DNA of 64,000 bases from an uncultured Bacteroidota bacterium. GTDB lineage: Bacteria; Bacteroidota; Ignavibacteria; Kryptoniales; JAKASW01. Positions 57,157 through 64,000 of this stretch are shown piece by piece. Both the position numbers and the translations under genes were made by a program. Positions within the stretch are counted from its first letter, which is position 1, and every line of letters begins with the position of its first letter. The notes below the pieces were generated by a model. That model had not been told where the DNA came from, made no database searches, and was given only the letters and a program-made list of their open reading frames with translations. The stretch is from assembly GCA_963703215.1 (NCBI GenBank), contig OY969800.1:3151297-3215296 (forward strand), in the 5' to 3' direction.

Positions 57157-57737
57157 CTTCTTATTAACACTCCTTCCATAAAAATCTTCAGCAATTGCTT
57201 TGGAATTAATTCTTCCGTCACCCGATGCTTTTGAAGAAAATCAGAATTAAAAAGCTCTTTGGTGGCTCCCAAATATGCTACCGTAAATAGATCCACGTTT
57301 AAATCCTTTCTTACAGTGCCTTGCTTCTGGCCCTCTCTTAAAACCTTAGGAGCAACGTCCGCAATGAAATAATTCAGGATCGACTGAATTTTCTTTGCAA
57401 CCCACGGAACAGAGTGGACGACATCAGCGATGAGTCTCTGCCAATCTGGATCGAGAAATCTCGGGAACACGTCAGCAAGCTTCCTGATTCTCTCATCTAC
57501 CGGTCCATGATCCGATAGGAGAGAATTCAGAACTTCTCTCCCCCGGGAAAGCCGCTGCTCTACAAGCTCCTCCAGAATAGCTTCCTTGCTTTCGAAGTGT
57601 TTGTAAACCGTTTTCTTGCTTATAGAGAGTTCTGAAGCAATCTCATCCATCGTGACTCTTTTAAAACCGTGCTGGCTGAACTTCTTGTATGACAAATCAA
57701 CAATTGCCTGCTTTAAATCATTTTCATTAGGCACCAT
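57153..57737 (-). CDS. TetR/AcrR-family transcriptional regulator
   Basis: HTH: FKRVTMDEIASELSISKKTVYKHFESKEAIL. I prefer the start at ATG 57737 (MVPNENDLKQAIVD...) because a promoter/operator sits immediately upstream. The track start is 57791. Confidence 0.8.
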   Translation of the reverse strand: MVPNENDLKQAIVDLSYKKFSQHGFKRVTMDEIASELSISKKTVYKHFESKEAILEELVEQRLSRGREVLNSLLSDHGPVDERIRKLADVFPRFLDPDWQRLIADVVHSVPWVAKKIQSILNYFIADVAPKVLREGQKQGTVRKDLNVDLFTVAYLGATKELFNSDFLQKHRVTEELIPKQLLKIFMEGVLIRR

Positions 57738-57773
57738 GGAAACCAATTTAGTGTATTCGGTTTCCATTGTCAA
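57738..57773 (-). promoter_or_regulatory. sigma-70-type promoter with overlapping 7-bp inverted-repeat operator for the tetR-efflux operon
   Basis: The minus strand reads TTGACA (57773-57768), N17, TAAATT (57750-57745), ggtttcc, then ATG. The inverted repeat GGAAACC-N14-GGTTTCC (57738-57765) spans the -10 region and abuts the ATG, which implies a very short or absent leader. Confidence 0.5.
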
Positions 57774-57820
57774 GAGGGGACATTGGTCCAAATGATTAAT
57801 AATTAACGAGACGGAGAGAT

Positions 57821-59785
57821 CTAGCTAAATAACTGGAGGAAGCTTTTGGCGATAATCTCTAGATCGAGCCAAATAGTCTGGTTCTTCGCATAGTAAACGT
57901 AAAGCTTCTCAACTTCTTCGTCCGACAGAGACTGGCCGCGATTTAATTGTACCACCCCTGTTATCCCAATCTTCCCAAAGATCTCTTCATTTCCTTGCGG
58001 GTAATATTCAGAGCGCCCCACCACGGACAGCTTACCTTTACCGACTTGCGGTAACTTTTGAAGTACTCTTCTTACTGGACCTGTTCTTCTTGTCAAAAGC
58101 ACAGGTAACAATAGGATCGTCCCGACCGTGGCAAACATGATGTCAAATATTCTTTTCATTATCTTGTTTCGGGTACGATTGATATTGTAGTCGATGTTAA
58201 CAAGCGGTACATCGGCCAAACCATCCACGTACGTTTTCCCTACAATTACATCTATCGTATCTGGCACAAGCTTCAGACTCACACCGGATTTGTTGACATT
58301 GGATATCGCTTGCAACATCTGCGAGTAAGAGATCTGCCCGGACGCAAAGATGACTTCGTCGATCTTCCCTTCTCTAATTATCCGCGGAAGATCGATAAGG
58401 GTGCCAACGATCTTAATCCCAAGAAGCCTGTTTCCGAGCTGCTGCATTTCAGAAATGATTCCAACCACTTCATATCCCATAGATATCTTCCCGCGGATCT
58501 TCTTTATCAGTTCCATGGCACGGTCGTCGGTTCCAACCACGAGAGTCCGCCGTCCAAAAACGGGATGCCTTGAAGTCCCGACGGAAGTCCTCAATTGATA
58601 AATCAATCGCCAGCCTGGAATGACAACAGCCATGATCAGGCAAGCCACCAGAACAATCAATCTTGAGAAAGCGAACTCTTTGAAGAAGTATGTCAAAGAT
58701 GAAAACAGCAAGAACGTTAGGAGCGTACTCAGGAACGAAAGTCGAATGGAAAACTTATTCTCCCCGTAGATTCCGAACCCTGAACCAAAAAGGATAAAAG
58801 CAAGACCCGGTCCTAGATATACAAATGGCCGCCCGTAAGCCGGGATCACAAACAGCCGATGCGTCCTAAAAAGCTCCCCGGCAAGCACGGCAAGTAAGCT
58901 GATGCAAAAATCAAGAGCCATCGGCGACGCTTTTCTTAGAAATTTGATGAACGATAATGCCCAACGGTTGACAATTATCGCGGCGTTCAGTAGAATCGAC
59001 AGAAGAGTCCCTGAGCCATATCTTTTTTCCACAAAGACATTCATGGCACGATAAAATTCGTATGTTTGATTTATCCCGCTGCGTCTCGTGCTTTCACCTT
59101 TGAAATGAATTGCGGTTGTCTGCGGCGTGTAGTAGACTTTGTAGCCTGCCATCTTAATCTTGTAGCAAAGGTCGATATCCTCGCCATACATGAAATAGGC
59201 TTCATCGAAGCCGCCGACTTCAGTAAAAACCCTTCTCGGAACAAACATAAAGCTCCCACCGATAGCGTCCACTTCATGAGTCTGGCCAGGATCTAAGTAA
59301 GTCAGATTGTATTGCCCAAACGTTTTAGACTTTGGAAATACCGAGCTCAAACCGGAGATCCTTGTGAATGCAACCCACGGTGTTGGAAACCCTCTTCGAC
59401 ATGTCTTCTGCAAAGTACCGTCGGCGTTCAACACTTTACAACTTGCTGCCCCCGCATCAGGATGTTTTGACATGAAGTCGATCATCTCTTTGACGGTGTC
59501 TTCTTGAACAATCGCATCAGGGTTTATTATCAGGAGATATTCTCCGGACGCGATTTTCACTCCCTGATTATTGGCTTTACCAAATCCAACATTTGTCCGA
59601 TTCTCAATTAGCTTCACTTCAGGAAAACCCCTCCTCACGAACTCGACTGTGTCATCATCTGAAAAGTTATCAACCACGATAATTTCAGAATCTATTCCGA
59701 CGAGTGAACGACGCAGGGAAGCGAGTAAGTTTTCTAGGAATCCTCTGACATTATAACTGACGATTATTACCGTTACCTTCAACAT
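57821..59785 (-). CDS. fusion protein: family-2 glycosyltransferase + membrane region + Rossmann-like linker + degenerate polyprenyl-phosphate sugar-transferase domain
   Basis: N-terminal GT2 domain (VTVIIVSYNVRGFLENLL...VVDNFSDDDT...YGEDIDL). The C-terminus resembles bacterial sugar transferases (KRIFDIMFATVGTILLLP..., LSVVGRS, GITGVVQL, YVYYAKNQTIWLDLEI) but lacks the central catalytic segment. Confidence 0.7.
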   Translation of the reverse strand: MLKVTVIIVSYNVRGFLENLLASLRRSLVGIDSEIIVVDNFSDDDTVEFVRRGFPEVKLIENRTNVGFGKANNQGVKIASGEYLLIINPDAIVQEDTVKEMIDFMSKHPDAGAASCKVLNADGTLQKTCRRGFPTPWVAFTRISGLSSVFPKSKTFGQYNLTYLDPGQTHEVDAIGGSFMFVPRRVFTEVGGFDEAYFMYGEDIDLCYKIKMAGYKVYYTPQTTAIHFKGESTRRSGINQTYEFYRAMNVFVEKRYGSGTLLSILLNAAIIVNRWALSFIKFLRKASPMALDFCISLLAVLAGELFRTHRLFVIPAYGRPFVYLGPGLAFILFGSGFGIYGENKFSIRLSFLSTLLTFLLFSSLTYFFKEFAFSRLIVLVACLIMAVVIPGWRLIYQLRTSVGTSRHPVFGRRTLVVGTDDRAMELIKKIRGKISMGYEVVGIISEMQQLGNRLLGIKIVGTLIDLPRIIREGKIDEVIFASGQISYSQMLQAISNVNKSGVSLKLVPDTIDVIVGKTYVDGLADVPLVNIDYNINRTRNKIMKRIFDIMFATVGTILLLPVLLTRRTGPVRRVLQKLPQVGKGKLSVVGRSEYYPQGNEEIFGKIGITGVVQLNRGQSLSDEEVEKLYVYYAKNQTIWLDLEIIAKSFLQLFS

Positions 59786-60546
59786 CAGCTCTTCTGCAGT
59801 TTCAAAAGCTGGAGAATCCTTCCAATTCCGAGTATCAACACAATCTTAATCGCCTCAAAAACAATTCCTTTGGACATCTTGCTGACACCGACGCGTCGTT
59901 CGGTGAATATGATTGGGATTTCAACGATCTTAAATCCTCTCCTGTAGGCTCGAACGTTCATCTCTACCTGAAAAGCGTATCCGTTTGCCCGGATAGTACT
60001 GAGGTCGATTGATTTCAACACATCTATTTTGAAAGCCTTGAAGCCGGCTGTCATATCATTAACTGGAACGCCAGTCACAACACGCGCAAAGATATTCGCT
60101 CCGTAACTCAGCAGCAGTCGCTTCATCGGCCAGTTAATAACCGAAACGCCCGAGGCATAACGAGAACCGACGACAACATCGGCGTGGTTCGACAAAGCCT
60201 GCTGAAACTTTGGTATAGCAGACGGTTCATGAGACAGGTCAGCATCCATCTCCATGACGTAGCCAAATCCATTGTGTATTGCGAAACGAAACCCCTCTAC
60301 GTACGCCGTCCCTAATCCCGATTTCTTTTCGCGAACCAGTAAGTGAACCCTCTCATCGGCTTTTGAGATTCCATTTACGATCTCTGATGTCCCATCGGGA
60401 GAGCTATCATCGACCACGAGTACTTCCGCGTTTTTCCCAGCCTCCAAGACTTGCTTAATGACCTTTCCGATATTCTCCGCCTCATTAAAGGTTGGGATAA
60501 TCACGAGTATTTTGTAATAGGAACTTTCTGGCATATTGATATGCAA
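59785..60546 (-). CDS. polyprenol-phosphate mannosyl/glycosyl transferase (GT2, DPM1-like)
   Basis: ILVIIPTFNEAENIGKVI...VVDDSSPDGTSEIV...MDADLSHEP follows the typical Dpm1/PpmS pattern. Confidence 0.8.
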   Translation of the reverse strand: MHINMPESSYYKILVIIPTFNEAENIGKVIKQVLEAGKNAEVLVVDDSSPDGTSEIVNGISKADERVHLLVREKKSGLGTAYVEGFRFAIHNGFGYVMEMDADLSHEPSAIPKFQQALSNHADVVVGSRYASGVSVINWPMKRLLLSYGANIFARVVTGVPVNDMTAGFKAFKIDVLKSIDLSTIRANGYAFQVEMNVRAYRRGFKIVEIPIIFTERRVGVSKMSKGIVFEAIKIVLILGIGRILQLLKLQKS

Positions 60547-60596
60547 TCCGACTTAATATTGGGATAAAGATTTACTTTTCATAATCTCAATTCGCA

Positions 60597-62009
60597 TCAT
60601 GCATGTCCTTTCCCTAACAGGACGTGCGAGATCGTCCAAAATAGTATCTGAAAGTCTAAACGGAGAGACATGTTCTCGATGTAAAAAAGATCGTACTGCA
60701 AATCTATCTTTACATCCTCCAGGCTTTCGTCATACTTGTATTTAACTCTTGCCAAGCCGGTAAGTCCCGGCTTGATTTTGTATCTTCTCTTATAAAGTGG
60801 GATCTCTTTAGAAAGCTTCTCGACAAAAAACGGTCTCTCCGGTCTTGGGCCGACCAAACTCATTTCACCTTTCAAGACGTTGAAAAATTGAGGCGTTTCA
60901 TCAAGATGAGTTTTCCTCAGAACCCGTCCCACACCGGTAACGCGCGGGTCATTCTTCGCCGCCCAAACCGGACCAGTAGTTTTTTCAGCGTCGACATACA
61001 TTGACCTGAACTTAAACAAGGTAAAGGGCCGCGTATCTTTTCCCACTCGCTCCTGCCTATAGACTATCTGGCCACGAGAGCTAATTTTTATAGCTGCTGC
61101 AATAAGCACCCATAATGGTACTCCAATTATGAGAGCTACACCAGAGACCATGATATCCATCAACCTTTTTGTCGCCGTCTGCCATGCCGGCATAAGCTGT
61201 GGTACAACGTCAATTAGTGGGAAGCCGTAGAGCTGAGATGCGTGAGCTTGCCCAGCAATCGAGTCGTACAAATCCGGGACAATTTTGATAGAAGCGTCAG
61301 ATCCATTCACGCTTGATATTATGTTATAAATGTTTTCCTTCTCTTTTTCTTCAAGAGCAATAATGACTTCTGTCGCTTTAAACTCCTCTATCGTATCGCT
61401 CAACTTGGAAACATCCGACAGGAGAGGCGCCGGAAGGCCATTGTACCTACTTCCTTTATCAAGACTTATGAATCCGATAGGCTCGTATCCGAGAGTCTTG
61501 TACTTCTTAGCCAGATTAAATACCGAACATGCTCTTTCGCCGCAGCCGACTATCACCGCATTCCTCAGTCCGATGCCGTTAATGAGCAACCTCTTTTGGA
61601 CGGTCCTGAAAATAATTCTCGTTGCTCCGACGGAGAGAACGATCGCAAACCAATAAAGAATCACAAAAGCCCGAACATGCGGAGTCCTGCCCGATGTTGC
61701 GTCGTCGAAAAAAACCGCGAAGAAAATTATCAGAACACCAAATGTCGAAATTTTCAAAACCGCGATGAATTCGTCCAACCTTGAACTCAGGTAAGAAAAT
61801 TTGTAAAGCCCCCAGAACCAAAAAAGAAAGATCATGAAAAGAATCAACAAGAGAACCGGCCCCCAAAAATCAGGGATTGTGATTACGTGAAAGAAGCCAC
61901 TTCGGATGCGGAAGTAATAAAAGAGAGTGTTGGCAACCGAAAGGGATAAAATATCCAGCAGCAATAGTGCGCGACGCTCTTCCATCTTCTTACCAATAGT
62001 CCTAATCAA
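60597..62009 (-). CDS. exopolysaccharide-initiating polyprenyl glycosylphosphotransferase (WbaP/WcaJ-like)
   Basis: Multiple N-terminal TM helices, then a Rossmann-like domain, then a complete sugar-transferase domain (KRLMDIMVSG...KISSRGQIVYRQERVGKDTRPFTLFKFRSMYVDAE...LKGEMSLVGPRPERP...KPGLTGLA). Confidence 0.88.
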   Translation of the reverse strand: MIRTIGKKMEERRALLLLDILSLSVANTLFYYFRIRSGFFHVITIPDFWGPVLLLILFMIFLFWFWGLYKFSYLSSRLDEFIAVLKISTFGVLIIFFAVFFDDATSGRTPHVRAFVILYWFAIVLSVGATRIIFRTVQKRLLINGIGLRNAVIVGCGERACSVFNLAKKYKTLGYEPIGFISLDKGSRYNGLPAPLLSDVSKLSDTIEEFKATEVIIALEEKEKENIYNIISSVNGSDASIKIVPDLYDSIAGQAHASQLYGFPLIDVVPQLMPAWQTATKRLMDIMVSGVALIIGVPLWVLIAAAIKISSRGQIVYRQERVGKDTRPFTLFKFRSMYVDAEKTTGPVWAAKNDPRVTGVGRVLRKTHLDETPQFFNVLKGEMSLVGPRPERPFFVEKLSKEIPLYKRRYKIKPGLTGLARVKYKYDESLEDVKIDLQYDLFYIENMSLRLDFQILFWTISHVLLGKGHA

Positions 62010-62156
62010 TTTATTGAATTCCCTTCGACTCTCACTTTTATTCCGGGTTCTCCGCTTTCGATTTCGGCACGATTCCTGCGCCTCATTACCGGCTACTGAC
62101 TACAAAAAATAAGTAAAATCAATTTAATAAACGACCAAAAATAGCAGTTGAATTAT

Positions 62157-63371
62157 TCAGCCGCCCCCTTTAACATCCGGTTCGGAACGATCAAACCCTA
62201 TTCTGGTTCGCAAGTACCTTTCAAAATCCTCGACGATCTTCTCCCAGCTTAGTGCTTCTCTGATTTCGTCCAATTCATTGCAGGGCATCCTACCATTCTT
62301 ACCTCGCAGAATATCCACTACAGCATCGGCAAATTCTTCTGGAGTATCGGCAACACGGACAGCTTTTTGTGCAGCGCTCGGTAAACCGCGGACGGCAATT
62401 GATGTCGCAACGACCGGGATCCCGAGGGCAATCGGCTCAATTACCTTGTTCAGAGTTCCAGCTCCGAACCGCATCGGAGCAATTGCAACAGCGCTCCTCA
62501 AGTATTCACCGGCAATATTTTCGACGAATCCAGTAACGATAACATTCTCTGATGCGAGACTGTTTATTTTACGCGTCGGACTCCCTCCAACAACAAATAA
62601 TTTTGCGTCTGGAGACTTCTTCAATATCTTTGGCATGATATCCCTTGCAAAGTGTACCACCGCATCTTCATTTGGGAAATATGGCATGTTGCCCGTGAAA
62701 ATAATTCTGTTCGTTTCAAGAGTTTCATTAGATCTCTTAAAGGCTTCGATGTCGACTCCGTTAGGCAGTATCTGGAAATCTGCTTTTATTCCTTTATTGA
62801 TGAGATAATCCCGGTCCAGAGGGGAGCAGATAAAACAGGTGTCGAAGTTCTCGGCGATGCGCTCGTATGCCGCGATTCTGTCCCTCTCGTTTTTGACCAT
62901 CCACCGTATGACCGGGTTCTTTTCGGATTCAACAAACCGAGAAAGATAAAGAGACACTGCATCTGTAAAGTCCAGAACTTTGAGCGCCGAATTTTGAGGA
63001 ACATATTTCACATATTGTGCACTCCGTATAAAATGGAAATAGATCACATCGAAGTGTTCTTCTCGCGAGATTTGCGAAAGCCTTTTACCCAGACGGTTAT
63101 TCTTGAACAGCAACACTTGAATGGGTCGCCTCGTAAGAGCGCCTGTTCCAACATTGAAGAAAGAGTGCAATGAAGAGTGAGGAATGGCTTCAATTTCCGC
63201 TCCTAGTGATCGAATGCCGTCAATATTTTTCAGATCAGAACGACCATCCGCGAGACACAAAACCTTGACGGAATTACTTTTCGCAAGGTGCTTGACAACA
63301 TTGTAAATCTTGAGTTTGTCGCCTTTATATGGTGGATATGGTACACGTGTGGTAACAATAAGGATCTTCAA
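62157..63371 (-). CDS. glycosyltransferase family 4
   Basis: GT-B fold with a C-terminal E-x7-E-like region (GAGTLNKVIEPIALGIPVVAT). 404 aa. Confidence 0.75.
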   Translation of the reverse strand: MKILIVTTRVPYPPYKGDKLKIYNVVKHLAKSNSVKVLCLADGRSDLKNIDGIRSLGAEIEAIPHSSLHSFFNVGTGALTRRPIQVLLFKNNRLGKRLSQISREEHFDVIYFHFIRSAQYVKYVPQNSALKVLDFTDAVSLYLSRFVESEKNPVIRWMVKNERDRIAAYERIAENFDTCFICSPLDRDYLINKGIKADFQILPNGVDIEAFKRSNETLETNRIIFTGNMPYFPNEDAVVHFARDIMPKILKKSPDAKLFVVGGSPTRKINSLASENVIVTGFVENIAGEYLRSAVAIAPMRFGAGTLNKVIEPIALGIPVVATSIAVRGLPSAAQKAVRVADTPEEFADAVVDILRGKNGRMPCNELDEIREALSWEKIVEDFERYLRTRIGFDRSEPDVKGGG

Positions 63372-64000
63372 TAGCCCCCCCCTCCAGTCCTGTCCTTGCT
63401 GATCATTTCACTATAAACTTTCCAGAACATGTCCCCGATCTTATTCCATGAATATTCTTTGCCTACAAAAGATGCCGCCTCAATTCCAATCAACTTGCAT
63501 AGGTTAGCATCGTCCAGCAAATGCAGTACATTGTCTGCAAATGCCTGAGGAGTATCTGCGACCATGATGTTCTTTCCTGGAGCAACCTTAATTCCTTCGC
63601 AACCGATGGAGGTTGTAACAACAGCTTTCCCTGCCGCCATGGCTTCCAAAATCTTTATCCTTATTCCGCTCCCGGCAAGCAAAGGCACAATCATGACTCT
63701 TGCCTGCTTATAAACTTCGCGGACATCTTTAACGAATCCCTTCACAAAAACGTTCTTTCCATCATTTAGTCTTTCCACATCACGCGAAGGACTCTTTCCA
63801 AACACATATAATTTAACGTTCGGCTTCGACTTTACTATAATCGGCATCACTTCATTCACAAACCATCTCAGGCCGTCAATATTTGGCAACCAATCAAGGC
63901 TGCCAATATAAGCAATTGTATTCTCTTCGCCTTCGATATCAGTCGGCTTGAAAAAGTCTGTGTCGACACCGGCAGGAATTACAATTGTGTCAACATCTTT
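63368..64000 (-). CDS. glycosyltransferase family 4, N-terminus beyond the right window edge
   Basis: The frame is open from base 64000: KDVDTIVIPAGVDTDFFKP...IAYIGSLDWLPNIDGLRWF.... The M at 63889 in the track is really an internal TTG (Leu). The C-terminal region reads GSGIRIKILEAMAAGKAVVTT. Confidence 0.8.
   Translation of the reverse strand, partial: KDVDTIVIPAGVDTDFFKPTDIEGEENTIAYIGSLDWLPNIDGLRWFVNEVMPIIVKSKPNVKLYVFGKSPSRDVERLNDGKNVFVKGFVKDVREVYKQARVMIVPLLAGSGIRIKILEAMAAGKAVVTTSIGCEGIKVAPGKNIMVADTPQAFADNVLHLLDDANLCKLIGIEAASFVGKEYSWNKIGDMFWKVYSEMISKDRTGGGGY

Noticed and set aside
57738-57791. The longer TetR start (MDQCPLLTMETEYTKLVS...).
   Set aside because: This stretch contains a TTGACA-N17-TAAATT promoter and a perfect inverted repeat. 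TetR proteins normally begin only a few residues before the HTH-containing helix bundle.
1-64000. Search for CRISPR arrays, rRNA genes, retron or DGR reverse transcriptases, and additional tRNAs.
   Set aside because: I saw no regularly spaced direct repeats with unique spacers, no rRNA-like conserved blocks and no RT motifs (YxDD) in any sizeable ORF. The only tRNA-like sequences are the tRNA-Ser and its 5'-half fragment.

Overview
This is a 64-kb chromosomal window, probably from an FCB-group bacterium (Ignavibacteria/Bacteroidota-like). That placement is an inference from a T9SS C-terminal sorting domain, a GWxTD-family protein and a short 285-aa primary sigma factor.

Layout:
- 1-5538: one end of an integrative element inserted at the 3' end of tRNA-Ser(GCT). 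It carries a CHC2/TOPRIM primase that runs off the window edge, unknown ORFs, a lipoprotein, a DinJ-YafQ toxin-antitoxin pair and a tyrosine integrase.
- 5.6-8.6 kb: a highly repetitive BNR-like T9SS-secreted propeller gene, bracketed by the intact tRNA and a 5'-half tRNA-Ser fragment.
- 8.6-22.7 kb: housekeeping and envelope genes. These are a PAP2 phosphatase, a PspC/toastrack pair, a cold-shock protein, a REC-GAF-PAS regulator, rpoD, a GAF protein with a degenerate GGDEF domain, an aldehyde dehydrogenase, a BshB1-like deacetylase and a TonB-dependent receptor.
- 22.7-33.9 kb: an accessory mosaic. It holds a REP/MITE-like hairpin cluster, an IS1595-family element with perfect 25-bp inverted repeats and passenger ORFs inserted into a GC-rich foreign fragment, and a type II R-M module (HTH-fused methyltransferase plus an apparently frameshifted PD-ExK nuclease). 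It also holds the most interesting feature: a co-directional array of eight small unrelated ORFs separated by imperfect palindromes with AAC/GTT cores and by a four-copy repeat family. I interpret this as an integron-like gene-cassette array with no integrase nearby (CALIN-like). That reading is unverified.
- 33.9-64 kb: core genes. These include pdxA, an ftsE-like ATPase, a NifU-like protein with Mrp/ApbC, a frameshifted acyl-CoA dehydrogenase, meaB, galE, purD, pepP-like, guaB, gcdH-like, a TetR-controlled HlyD/ABC/TolC export operon, and an exopolysaccharide glycosyltransferase cluster that runs off the right edge.

No CRISPR array and no rRNA were seen.
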